Assembly: GCA_016839785.1 (NCBI GenBank)
Contig: JAEOTQ010000075.1
Span: forward strand, 1 to 46,104
Reading direction: 5' to 3'
Length of the DNA stretch: 46,104 bases
Source: Candidatus Hodarchaeota archaeon
Lineage (GTDB): Archaea; Asgardarchaeota; Heimdallarchaeia; Hodarchaeales; Hodarchaeaceae
The notes beneath the pieces were generated by a model. It was not told the DNA's origin and did not search any database. It saw only the letters and a program-made list of their open reading frames with translations. Below are positions 21,008-31,302 of the stretch, piece after piece (the stretch's first letter is position 1; each line of letters starts with the position of its first letter). A program made the position numbers and the translations under genes.

Positions 21008-22954
21008 TCAACTCCAATTGTACTTAATATTTCCAATAACCGTCATAAGATCTTTAGGATCTCTAGCACGTGCTTTTTCCAAGACTAAATGCAAATTGTT
21101 CTTTTCAGGACCCAAAGAAAGGTATTTATGAGGTCGATAAACAATTTCAACAGGATCAATACCTGCTTCATCCATAATATCGACTTCTTTAAAGGCTAAT
21201 GCAGATATTCCCTCAGGACTAGTATCATAATAGATAATATATGTTAAATCATCAACAGTAAATACTGTTTGTCTCAACTTAACATTATTATGAAGTGAGG
21301 AAACTTTAAAAGATGGAAGAGATAAGGCTTCAATCACAAGTGATTCTAACAGGAGATTTGTATCGTAAAACCAGGGATAACCGGCCATTTGGGCATAGCG
21401 ATATTCAAATTCGAATCCAGAACGTACCCAGATACTCATATTCTCAGGATGCACTCCTTTTTCGTCATGGTATATTCCGCGCTTAAAATCAATCGCTACT
21501 TGAAATATTGGTACAAATTTCTTCGCTGTAATTAAAGAGGTTGTATCTTCGCTTGAGAAAATATTCTTTAACAATCTAACAGATTGAATTTCCTCGTGAA
21601 TAAGCGTTTCTTCAAGAATTTTCATTAGTTGTTCGCTAACATGATTCCATATTCTCACTGGGAGTTTATTGGTTAAGATATAATTTCCATCAATTAGATC
21701 ATTCCGATCTACCCTTCCTGATAGAATAATATTAGCTAGTTTCTGACAAATCTCTAAAACATCAAATTTAGGTTGGCGATCACTCAGCATAAAGAGAGTA
21801 GATCGAAGAATTTCTGTTTCAACCCCGCTGTAGTCGTAAATCCATGCACGTGAGGGAATTTCCACTACATTGTCAATTACAAATTGCGAACTTTGCATAA
21901 ATGCGTTATTTTGTTTCAATTTATGAAACGGTGCAAGGATTCTTTCAAATGTCCCTTGAAGATTTCCGATATTACCTAGAATTTCACTATTGCGGTGTTT
22001 ATCCATCACTGAAAGACCGAGTAGGTGTTCTTTCTTAAGTCTTAATTCCCCAGGTTGGTCATCTCCCAGACTACTTCCCATAGTTTTCATACGCATGACG
22101 TCTGAAAGCCATGCGATGAATTTACCGATAGGATATTTGTCTATAGATGAATCATAGAATGTATTTAAACCCTTTCTGAGTTCGTCTCTAGGATAACCTG
22201 GTAGTAAATTATCCATAATTGAAAACACTTGACCTTCATTAAAATGCCCATCACTTGGATCCCGTTGGTATTTAGACCATTCAAATTGCTCTTCGATCCG
22301 TCTAAATGTGAGAGATGTCTCAATTAGGCTATCAATTTGATGAAAAGATTGCTTTGTTTGTGTTTTATGGGTTAATACGTCCTCTGATAATGCTGTTAGT
22401 ATTAAAGCATCAGTTAGTACGTTTTGTTTACGATAAGTATTGTTTGGACCAAAGTAAATATTCCGAACATCATTAACTGCTTCTCTGACATTTGTATATT
22501 CACTATAAGGCCAGAGGACTAAACCAAAAAGTTCTGGTAGTTCATGACGATGAGCCGATTGGAGTAGTTTCAGACGTTGTTCAAGTATATATGCGCGTAA
22601 TGAGTCGATATCAGAAAATAAGGACTTAATACTTGCATTTTCACTGTTCACTACATCCTTCCAGTAAGTAACATCTTCTTCAGTAATTAAATGCTTTATT
22701 TGGGTTTGAAGATCGTGTAAATGTGACTCTAATCCAAATAGATTATCATTAATTGGGACAATCACTGGAGCTAGCCACTGCTCAATCATTTGATAAGATA
22801 GGAAGAATTTTTCAGTCATTAGTTGAATATCTTCAAGATCTGAGGGTAAATTTCGAGCGGAACGAATTATATCTAGCTGGGGAAATAGATAATTTATACC
22901 AAGTTCTCCATATGCCTCTTCCAATTGTTTTTCAATATTCGATAAATCAACCAT
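21008..22954 (-). CDS. large hypothetical protein (648 aa)
   Basis: Long soluble ORF; GGAGG SD before ATG 22954; operonic with its neighbours. Confidence 0.85.
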   Translation of the reverse strand: MVDLSNIEKQLEEAYGELGINYLFPQLDIIRSARNLPSDLEDIQLMTEKFFLSYQMIEQWLAPVIVPINDNLFGLESHLHDLQTQIKHLITEEDVTYWKDVVNSENASIKSLFSDIDSLRAYILEQRLKLLQSAHRHELPELFGLVLWPYSEYTNVREAVNDVRNIYFGPNNTYRKQNVLTDALILTALSEDVLTHKTQTKQSFHQIDSLIETSLTFRRIEEQFEWSKYQRDPSDGHFNEGQVFSIMDNLLPGYPRDELRKGLNTFYDSSIDKYPIGKFIAWLSDVMRMKTMGSSLGDDQPGELRLKKEHLLGLSVMDKHRNSEILGNIGNLQGTFERILAPFHKLKQNNAFMQSSQFVIDNVVEIPSRAWIYDYSGVETEILRSTLFMLSDRQPKFDVLEICQKLANIILSGRVDRNDLIDGNYILTNKLPVRIWNHVSEQLMKILEETLIHEEIQSVRLLKNIFSSEDTTSLITAKKFVPIFQVAIDFKRGIYHDEKGVHPENMSIWVRSGFEFEYRYAQMAGYPWFYDTNLLLESLVIEALSLPSFKVSSLHNNVKLRQTVFTVDDLTYIIYYDTSPEGISALAFKEVDIMDEAGIDPVEIVYRPHKYLSLGPEKNNLHLVLEKARARDPKDLMTVIGNIKYNWS

Positions 22955-22958
22955 CTTT

Positions 22959-24659
22959 TTATTCCTCCTGTACTCCACCAACAGAGGTGTTGGTTAATAA
23001 TTCCAGAAATTTAAATTCTTCTTTAAACAACTCTATAAACGATTGAGTAATTTTCCTTTGTTGCAAAATAGAGATTTTTCCTCCTCCAAATGCTAATTCA
23101 GTACTTTTTAATGCGAGTATGCTTGAATATATATCGGCTATTGAAGCTTCATCGTCAACGAGATTCTGTGCTTTGTTACCGTACTGTTTCGCTAAATTCT
23201 GTGGCGTATCGGTTGTTTCCATTAGCTCTTTTCTTATATCCATATCTCCTGTTTCGGTGAGAGCTGCCTTTACTTCTTTCTCTAATTCACTGAAATATAC
23301 TTCTCCTCTTGGAACCAATCTATCATAAGTAAATTTGAAAGCATCTTCTATAGATTGTTCCTCTGATTCGCTCCCCAAATATGTATGCATATTTGTTACA
23401 ACATTTAATACTTCTGCTTCCACTTCCTCTTTTAGAACGTGTTTTTCAAGATTATTTATTCTTCGATTTAAGATTAATCTTGACTGAATCTTACTTACAC
23501 CTTCAGGCTCGGGAATTTGCCTTCCTAAATTTTTAAGTACTGAAGTAATCATAACATCACCTAATTCTCGACATAAGAATTGAGGCTGATAATTTGCTAA
23601 ATCAAGCAAAGATAGAATGGTAGAGTTTGGTTTGTCGGTGAAAAGCTCTTTTTGACTTTGTAGGATATGGATATACTCTGACATATAACCGCTATAATTC
23701 CGCTGCTGGGCGTATTCACTTCTCATTCTAGCCCTAAAGTTACTTTTTACCGTATTAAATTGGTTCAATCGGATTGAAAAGAGTAGTGCACTTTTCATGG
23801 ATTCAATATCAGGGAATTGGTCAACAACATCTATTTTCATGTCTTCTATCTTTGTAACTGCTTGTGCATCAAACGCTAACAATAATCGCAACCATAAATG
23901 AAATATCCGATAGGGATAGTATTCAGGATTATTCCCCGCAATATAACGAAGTAAAAAATTTGGTTTTAATTTTGTATGGGGATTTTGCTCTCCAATAAAT
24001 GGTCGATTGTCATCTCTATTGGGTTGGATGAAGCGACGAACTAATAATTTGTCAGCAATTTCATAATCAAGCAAAAAATCAATGACTTCTGATATTTCCT
24101 CATCAGTCAGAATATAAAGTTTTGTTATAATAATGGATAATAATCCGTAAAGTTCAATTTGACATTTGGCATATTTTTTTGCAATGTCTTCAGGCCGATT
24201 TATATCATATAAGAACGACTGTTCAGGTTTTTCCGTGATATCGGGATCTAAAAAGCTAAGAAGTTCTACTCGTGTATCTTTAAAACGATCTCTGCTAGAA
24301 AAATGATCTTCAGCCAATAATGATTTTCTGACAACGAAATCTAATTCATTTTCTGGCACAGGAGGTAAAAATCTGATTTGATCAGCAAAAAATCCGAGAT
24401 CTCCATACCAAGGACGGATTTTCCATTCTGTACTGTCGATCAATCGTTGAATAATCTTATGACGAACACCTGTTGCTTCCCACGCGTGAACAGAATCATC
24501 CCCCAAGAATAGTGAACGTTTGTAAGTTTTTGCTTCTTCAGTCCCTATTGTATCAACAGGATAGCGGACATACCATGTTTCCCCTAAAACTGTAGAAAAC
24601 CACTTTCTATGTGCGACATATGTTTTCCACAGGTCTTCGGCTTCTTCGAAAATTGTCAT
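22959..24659 (-). CDS. large hypothetical protein (566 aa)
   Basis: Long, soluble, helical-looking ORF; first gene of the three-gene operon. Confidence 0.85.
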   Translation of the reverse strand: MTIFEEAEDLWKTYVAHRKWFSTVLGETWYVRYPVDTIGTEEAKTYKRSLFLGDDSVHAWEATGVRHKIIQRLIDSTEWKIRPWYGDLGFFADQIRFLPPVPENELDFVVRKSLLAEDHFSSRDRFKDTRVELLSFLDPDITEKPEQSFLYDINRPEDIAKKYAKCQIELYGLLSIIITKLYILTDEEISEVIDFLLDYEIADKLLVRRFIQPNRDDNRPFIGEQNPHTKLKPNFLLRYIAGNNPEYYPYRIFHLWLRLLLAFDAQAVTKIEDMKIDVVDQFPDIESMKSALLFSIRLNQFNTVKSNFRARMRSEYAQQRNYSGYMSEYIHILQSQKELFTDKPNSTILSLLDLANYQPQFLCRELGDVMITSVLKNLGRQIPEPEGVSKIQSRLILNRRINNLEKHVLKEEVEAEVLNVVTNMHTYLGSESEEQSIEDAFKFTYDRLVPRGEVYFSELEKEVKAALTETGDMDIRKELMETTDTPQNLAKQYGNKAQNLVDDEASIADIYSSILALKSTELAFGGGKISILQQRKITQSFIELFKEEFKFLELLTNTSVGGVQEE

Positions 24660-24823
24660 TATGTATCGACCTAGTTAAATACTAATTCTGATTGGTTAAA
24701 TAACCTACGAAATACCTACCTATTATGCTACATCTGGTTAGCGAGAGCTTGTAAACCAAGTAATTAATCCCATAAATAGTCTTTTTTTGTCCCTCACTAT
24801 AAGAACACGAGTTTAGATGTGCA

Positions 24824-25666
24824 ATGTCTTTACCTGGTGACTATCATACTCATTCGTATCTATGTAATCACGCTAGTGGTCAGTTGGTAGATTATATTCA
24901 AGCAGCGATCTCTCTTGGGCTACCAGAGATTGGATTAAGTGGGCATTTTCCAATGCATCTATTGCCTTCTCAGTTTCACAAGTATGCAATGGATTTTTCA
25001 GAACTGAATACTTATTTAGAGACTGCAAAGGAATTAAAACTAAGATTTAAGTCAAAAATCCAAACCAAGGTAGCTTTTGAAGTTGATTTTCACAAACCTA
25101 TTCTCTCACGTTATCAACAAGCATTAAAACCTCACTTACCAAACTTAGATTATTTAATAGGGTCCATCCATGGATTAAAATGGAAAAATTACATTATACC
25201 AATTGACGGGTCATTTTCATTGCCAGACGAGTTATCTCGTGAAAACAATGGGAAAGATACTCTTATTTTGTCATATTATGATGATTTACGAGAACTAGTT
25301 AGAAGCAAATACTATGATGTTCTGGGACATTTCGATGTAATAAAGAAACTCGGTTTTAATTTCGATGATGAGGAAAGAATCTGGGAAGGAGTCTTAAAAG
25401 TGATTGATGAACTCGAAAATAGTAGTATGGCAGTTGAAATAAATACGTCGGGATTGAGAAAACCAGAAAATGAATTATACCCAAATAAAGCCATTATTAA
25501 AGAGTTAATAAAAAGAGAAATTCCCGTTGTTATTAGCAGTGATGCACATCAACCCACAGATGTTGGTTATGCATTTGATTCCACCCTTCAATTTTTGAGA
25601 AAGAATGGTTTGAGATCAATATGTCAAATTACCGCATATGAACATTCTCAAGTTCCTCTCAATTGA
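24824..25666 (+). CDS. PHP-family phosphatase, HisJ/histidinol-phosphatase-like
   Basis: DYHTHS, GSIH, GHFD, EINTSGLRK, SSDAH. Confidence 0.85.
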   Translation: MSLPGDYHTHSYLCNHASGQLVDYIQAAISLGLPEIGLSGHFPMHLLPSQFHKYAMDFSELNTYLETAKELKLRFKSKIQTKVAFEVDFHKPILSRYQQALKPHLPNLDYLIGSIHGLKWKNYIIPIDGSFSLPDELSRENNGKDTLILSYYDDLRELVRSKYYDVLGHFDVIKKLGFNFDDEERIWEGVLKVIDELENSSMAVEINTSGLRKPENELYPNKAIIKELIKREIPVVISSDAHQPTDVGYAFDSTLQFLRKNGLRSICQITAYEHSQVPLN

Positions 25667-25681
25667 AGAAATATGCTTTTT

Positions 25682-26623
25682 CTAAGAGAAGAATGTCATT
25701 CGTTCCGTAAGTAGCTCTTTTCCAGCCTCAATGAGAGATGGAATGCTGTTTTTGACTCCATAAAGGATATAAGGAATGCAGGACCTTGAAAAGGTAAATT
25801 GCATTCGTTCTTGGAAATCCTTGTCAATTATCCCATCATAAAATGCCAAAATCTCATCTTGAAAAAGTTTTCCCTCTCGATAAAAGAGAAAATCGACTGC
25901 AGGATCGAAAATTCTCGTTTCTTCAAAATCGATGATTCCTGAAAGTTTACAGGAACCAGAGTCAACAAGAATATTAGAGGTATCGAAATCACCATGAATT
26001 ACAGTCGGTTCAAAGGAAAAATGGTCAATTTTGGACAAAAAACGTGTGTAGAGAGCCTGAATCCACTTCTTTTGTTCGGAATTGACAAGTGGCAAAACGA
26101 TCGATTTTGTTTCCTGATACTCCTTTTCCCAAACCTTAGTATATTTAGCTAGAAAATCTGAATTGTTGAGATTCATGCAGTTGGTGAATTTTTTAGTTAA
26201 TTTTACAGAGTGGAGTTGTGTTAAAAAAACTCCAATGGATCTTGCGAGCTTTTTAAGACACTTATTATCGTACTTTCGAATACATTTAGATAGTGATATA
26301 CCTGGTAATTTTCTATAACCCATTGCTGGAACTGTTTCCTCTAAATTAACATAGATTGGATCAGGAATAGGAATTGACAAGTTAGGTTTTAATAATTTTA
26401 GATTTTTATATTCACTCTCTATCATTTGTATTCCTTTCTTATTTCTCAGAGATTTATCAGGTATACGAAAGATAAACCTCCCCTCAACTTCAAATACATT
26501 ATAAGTTCCATGATAGAGAAATTTTATATCATTTACCTTAGAATCAGGTAAAAATTTATTTATAGCAGGCACTACTCTAGATATACTGATATCTTTAGGA
26601 TTCCGTTCTTCATAATATGTCAT
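25682..26623 (-). CDS. aminoglycoside phosphotransferase (APH)-family kinase
   Basis: Brenner motif HGDFDTSNIL, GIIDFEE, DPAVDF. Confidence 0.88.
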   Translation of the reverse strand: MTYYEERNPKDISISRVVPAINKFLPDSKVNDIKFLYHGTYNVFEVEGRFIFRIPDKSLRNKKGIQMIESEYKNLKLLKPNLSIPIPDPIYVNLEETVPAMGYRKLPGISLSKCIRKYDNKCLKKLARSIGVFLTQLHSVKLTKKFTNCMNLNNSDFLAKYTKVWEKEYQETKSIVLPLVNSEQKKWIQALYTRFLSKIDHFSFEPTVIHGDFDTSNILVDSGSCKLSGIIDFEETRIFDPAVDFLFYREGKLFQDEILAFYDGIIDKDFQERMQFTFSRSCIPYILYGVKNSIPSLIEAGKELLTERMTFFS

Positions 26624-26653
26624 CGTGAATGGATCACATCAATTTGAGAAGTA

Positions 26654-27625
26654 TTACCTTGGATCCCGAAATCCAAGGTCAATAAGCTGGCCATATACAA
26701 GAGCTACTATAATACGGGTTAAGAATCTCATATCAGTTTTCGAGGTTTCAACTCGCCCTTCGAGTTCATTCTCAATGAACTGTTCAACTATCCAACGTGT
26801 TTCATTTTTCTCTTCAAATTTCTCTTTAACATATGTGCGAAAACGATGTGTAAACTCAAGGTTTTTTTTCATCAACTTTAGAGTATTATCTGTCCCTTTA
26901 ATTACTCCAAAATGACCTAGACCTATATTCATTGGATTTAACTCAATTAAATGCTCCAAACTTTGAATATAGGTTGCATAATTAAATTCAGGGGGCATAC
27001 TTGTACCCAAAGTTAGGAGATTTTGCGAATGCATTCTTGTACCTGCAGCTTCACCGAGAAACATAAATTCTGTTTTCTGATGATCGAACAATGTAGGGCA
27101 GACATGATCTTCACAATGACCAGGTGAAGGCACCAAAGATAAAGATTGTGTGTCAGTAAACCCAGGCAGCAAAACTTCTTCGTTTGGATTTACAATTTTA
27201 AAAGCTTTATCAGGAATGGAACGCATTTCTCCAATCATTTTTCCAAATGTTCGGTATGCTCGTTTCATATGAAGCTCAGGATCCTGAAGTTGCTTTTTCG
27301 TTTTAGATGTCGTGAGAATCTTAACATCTGGATTATATTCTTTAATCTGATTCCACAAGGACCATCCTCCACCAAAATGATCAAAATGATAATGTGTGGG
27401 AATTAAATACTTGATTTTCTTAAGAGAAATCTGGTGTTTCGAGGTAAGATAAGTTAATAATGTAGGTACATCATTCGATGTCCCACAATCTAGAATAGCA
27501 TGAGAATCTGGAGTTATTATTAAAAATGCAGAGCAGATCTCAAATGAATTGTACTGCTCGAGATCAACGTGAATAATATTATCTGTAATATGACCAGAAG
27601 AATGGACAATCCCGAGTAAACTCAT
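26654..27625 (-). CDS. MBL-fold metallo-hydrolase
   Basis: ILDCG, THYHFDHFGG, SPGHCEDH, GEAAG, GHFG; ATG 27625 preceded by GGGGGA. Confidence 0.88.
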   Translation of the reverse strand: MSLLGIVHSSGHITDNIIHVDLEQYNSFEICSAFLIITPDSHAILDCGTSNDVPTLLTYLTSKHQISLKKIKYLIPTHYHFDHFGGGWSLWNQIKEYNPDVKILTTSKTKKQLQDPELHMKRAYRTFGKMIGEMRSIPDKAFKIVNPNEEVLLPGFTDTQSLSLVPSPGHCEDHVCPTLFDHQKTEFMFLGEAAGTRMHSQNLLTLGTSMPPEFNYATYIQSLEHLIELNPMNIGLGHFGVIKGTDNTLKLMKKNLEFTHRFRTYVKEKFEEKNETRWIVEQFIENELEGRVETSKTDMRFLTRIIVALVYGQLIDLGFRDPR

Positions 27626-27684
27626 AATTCCCCCCAGTTTAGGACTCCTTTTAATTTTTCTCAAACTTAATTTTACTCTTGATG

Positions 27685-29160
27685 CTAAATATAGAAGGAC
27701 CCACCACCACGTTCTCTAAAAATAAAGCAAACTGGTTCAAAATTATTGTCCAGAAAGAGCAATTGAGCTATATATACAGCACGACCACCGAAGAACGATC
27801 CACTGTTTGTAATCCAATTGAATTCTCCTTTATACAGCCATTCAGCATATAGCTCTGAACTATTGAAGGACTCTAAATTACCGTACCTGTTACCATCCAC
27901 CCAATAAATGAAGACGGTGGCATAGTCATTGAGTCTATCATATGATTGGGAATACCAATAATCTCCGACAACAGAAGTATCTAGCAAGACGTCACCAAGA
28001 TTGACTATATTCACATCCCAATATAAACTGATAATTTTCGGGGAAGAACGGAAAATGTAGGTGAAATCTATGTTCTCTGATTCTTCTATCTGATTCAACT
28101 TATTATTCAGTGTGTTATTAGTCATTGTATGTTCAGAAGTAATACTTGTAATACTATTCAGAGGCAAACTTTCGATATATAGCAAGGCGTTGAGAGCATC
28201 GTTATCGGGGTATTGCCTATTAATTGTTACCGATACTTCAGGTCCTTTGTACATACTGGTGATAAAGAAAGGGGAAAAAGGGAAAATAATCAGGAAGATT
28301 CCTATGATCACTATTGCGTTCCTTACCTTCCTTGTGTTCTTCAGATATTTCGTTTTTCTCATATTAATGATAATTGGTCTTCTAGGATCACCATCAGAGG
28401 TTCTGACTTCAGATTCAAAAATTTGAATTATTTCGATTCTTCCGGCTTGCTTTCCTAACACTGGGGTAATTATGTACTTTGATACTACAAGTCCAAGTAA
28501 GAGATAAATTAGTGAAGATCCATATTCCTCAAAGAGTGCGAAAGAACTAAGAGAATCTAAAAACACGTTTCCAAGAAGGAGGATAAATACAGGCAATAGA
28601 GAGAATAATCCAAACTTAGAGCGATGGTCTTCGAAAAATCCTTTTCTAATTTCTAAAGGATTGATTTGTGAATCAACGACTAGAAGTACTATTAAAAGGA
28701 TATTTGAAATAACCCAGACTATAAGGAAGCCAGTATCGGAGAGTAGACTTAAATATTTTGAATAAAAGTCTATTTCTGTGAGGGGTGTTGAAATATTTGC
28801 TTCAAATAGTATCATTCGTATAATTGAGGCGAAAAATAACCAGAATCCCACGAGTCCAAGAAATCTCTTTTTTAAGATATTCAAACTGGAGAATTTCTGA
28901 TTATATGCAACACTGGCTCCAATTAATGCTATCGCAACTAAATCCAATATTAAGAAAAAACTGAAGATAATTCTTAATACGGATACTAAGAAGTACCCTA
29001 CTTTCCAAAGGGAAGTATTTGAGATGAAGAAAATAGGAATAAAACTGATACTAATGGCTAGCACGAACGTATTTTGAATTGACCAAATCTTCCACCCCAA
29101 GTAACGGAATTCAGCCTGGGTGTCGATTTCGAGATAATGAATTTGTTGTTCAGAAACCAT
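27685..29160 (-). CDS. hypothetical multi-pass membrane protein with C-terminal extracellular domain
   Basis: About 6 N-terminal TMs, a basic cytoplasmic linker, one more TM, then an Asn/Tyr-rich domain. Confidence 0.7.
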   Translation of the reverse strand: MVSEQQIHYLEIDTQAEFRYLGWKIWSIQNTFVLAISISFIPIFFISNTSLWKVGYFLVSVLRIIFSFFLILDLVAIALIGASVAYNQKFSSLNILKKRFLGLVGFWLFFASIIRMILFEANISTPLTEIDFYSKYLSLLSDTGFLIVWVISNILLIVLLVVDSQINPLEIRKGFFEDHRSKFGLFSLLPVFILLLGNVFLDSLSSFALFEEYGSSLIYLLLGLVVSKYIITPVLGKQAGRIEIIQIFESEVRTSDGDPRRPIIINMRKTKYLKNTRKVRNAIVIIGIFLIIFPFSPFFITSMYKGPEVSVTINRQYPDNDALNALLYIESLPLNSITSITSEHTMTNNTLNNKLNQIEESENIDFTYIFRSSPKIISLYWDVNIVNLGDVLLDTSVVGDYWYSQSYDRLNDYATVFIYWVDGNRYGNLESFNSSELYAEWLYKGEFNWITNSGSFFGGRAVYIAQLLFLDNNFEPVCFIFRERGGGSFYI

Positions 29161-29243
29161 GAATATCCACCACTCACAAACATACCTCCACTATACTAGA
29201 ATAATCCCAAAGGAATGTCTTCTTTGTTGAGTATCTATTCCAT

Positions 29244-30359
29244 TTAACTTATAGCACAACGATTTGGTCCGATTTCAAGCTCACCTACTTGTATGGGGGA
29301 TAGTATGAGCTTTCCGGAATTTACTAGACGTATTGTTTGATGGGAGGACGGTTGTTTTGTTTGTTGGGATGTTTGGACGGCATAGTCTATAAAGGCTTTT
29401 TCATCTTTCTGAAGAATCGGATTCTCTTTAAATGTTTGAATATCTGAAACTAAAGGAGAATTGAAATTTTCTAAAGTAAATTTACCATGATGTGCCGGAG
29501 CATAAAACATCTTGTCAGGTAAGGTTGCTAGACGGACATTCAAAGAATTGTACAAGTCTTTAGCAAATTCTTCTGACTTATCAGCCAAATCTGGACGACC
29601 AATTCCATCAATAAATAATATATCACCAGTGAGTACTCCTAAATCCCTCATCAGGAACGAAGTGCTGCCTGGCGTATGGCCTGGAGTATTCATAGCTTTC
29701 AGAAGTACCTTGTTCCCAATAGAGAACGTTTCATTCTCCTTTAATGGTTCAAATTCAAAATCATAAGGATCCTTTGGACTTACGAAATATTCAGCCCCAG
29801 TCTTTTGGGTAAGTTCTCTGGCCCCAGATATGTGATCAGCATGCAAATGTGTATCAATAATCTTGATAATCGATAAATCCTTTTCTTCAGCCATCTTCAG
29901 ATATGGAGAAATGTTATGAGCAGGATCTATTACAATAGCTTCTCCATTAGAATACAATAACTATGATAGACAACCTTTTGCCACCCTTCGTAGTTGAATG
30001 AAATGTAGGTCGGTATCACTTACGACTTCTACTGTATCAAATACACTGTTCCATGCCGTCATTCCACCAACTAACGATTTCGCGTTGTAACCGAGAGCCT
30101 TTAGTTTTTCTGCCCCAGCGTAAGAGTCATTTCCTTTTCCACAGACTAAGACAATTTCTTTATCTTTGAACTGATCAGGAAAGTCTCTTGCTGCAAGTAA
30201 TTGCATGATAGGAAAATTTATACTATTAAAAATGTTCCAGTCAGTATAAGCTTGTGAATTTCTTACATCCACTATGAGTGGAACATCTCCAGATTGTATT
30301 TGTTTATGAAATCTCTCAGGAGATATTTCTAGGTCACTATTCCGTTTCATCGTTCTCAA
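29244..30359 (-). pseudogene. rhodanese + ETHE1/persulfide-dioxygenase-like MBL fusion interrupted by one in-frame TAG (29961-29963)
   Basis: Both ORFs are in the same frame; junction reads GCLS*LLYSNGEAIVIDP; rhodanese VLVCGKGNDS; DTHLHADH, TPGHT, GRPDL, GPNRCA. Confidence 0.85.
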
Positions 30360-30577
30360 TCGAACCCTTCCCTAAATTTTTTTTATGTGTTGTTCTACGA
30401 AGATGGGTTTCCAAGACCAATACTCAAATTCCCCCACTTATACAATAGTATAGCTCTTTTAAATAGTTTAATACGAAGATAAGCTAGAGAAAAAAGAAAA
30501 TTCCAAAACCAACATAAATAATGTTTAATAAAATAATACCTAGCTCATTTCAATTGGATAGTATTAAGCAATATTCA

Positions 30578-30652
30578 AGCCCCGTGGTGTAGAGGCTATC
30601 ATATGAGGCTTTGACCCTCACGACTCCAGTTCGAATCTGGACGGGGCTGCCA
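30578..30652 (+). tRNA. tRNA-Gln(UUG), CCA encoded
   Basis: Acceptor AGCCCCG/CGGGGCT; anticodon arm TGAGG-CTTTGAC-CCTCA; T arm TCCAG-TTCGAAT-CTGGA; G73 then CCA. Confidence 0.95.
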
Positions 30653-30693
30653 TTTCTTCTCTACATAATTTAAATGAATATAAACATTAGTCA

Positions 30694-30765
30694 AGCCCCA
30701 TAGTGTAGTGGTTAGCACCTCAGGCTCTGAATCTGATGACTCCAGTTCGAATCTGGATGGGGCTG
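30694..30765 (+). tRNA. tRNA-Gln(CUG), no encoded CCA
   Basis: Acceptor AGCCCCA/TGGGGCT; anticodon arm TCAGG-CTCTGAA-TCTGA; same T arm; G73. Confidence 0.95.
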
Positions 30766-30870
30766 TTCTAATTTTTCCCTATACGCAGCCTGCGGAAAAT
30801 TTATCTCAATGCTCGAAATCAGATCACATTTATTAAAAATTTGAGAAATATTTGAGCTACCTGAGCCAAG

Positions 30871-31269
30871 ATGAACCAAAACACACACCCATTTGACTAT
30901 TTAGCTGGACATCGGACGATCAGTTTGACGACTTATTATAAAAGTGGTAAAGGTGTAGCTACACCTATAGATTTTATTAGGAAGAATGATCACTTATATG
31001 CATCAACTAGAGTGGATTCGTATAAAGTAAAACGGTTGAGAAATAATCCCGATGCCAAAATAGCCCCGTGTACGATGCGTGGAAAGCTTAAAGGCCCAGA
31101 AATTAATGTGAAAGTGTGGATAATTCCGAAAGCAGAGGAGCAATTCGCATCTGAAACGATGGAGGAAGCGATCACTCTCTTATACAAAATTCTTATTAGA
31201 TTATCGAAATTAGCTTTTTGGAGAAAAGAGACAGAGCGACTTTACTTAGAAATCACTCCACAAATCTGA
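30871..31269 (+). CDS. PPOX-class (F420-dependent) oxidoreductase-like protein
   Basis: ISLTTYYKSGKGVATPI, SYKVKRLRNNP, IAPCTMRG. Confidence 0.85.
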   Translation: MNQNTHPFDYLAGHRTISLTTYYKSGKGVATPIDFIRKNDHLYASTRVDSYKVKRLRNNPDAKIAPCTMRGKLKGPEINVKVWIIPKAEEQFASETMEEAITLLYKILIRLSKLAFWRKETERLYLEITPQI

Positions 31270-31302
31270 GGAGTTTGATTCCTGGATTCAAAGAAAAGAA
31301 TG

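Noticed and set aside
25682-26623. Antibiotic resistance gene
   Set aside because: The APH fold is widespread, the substrate cannot be inferred, and there is no mobile context
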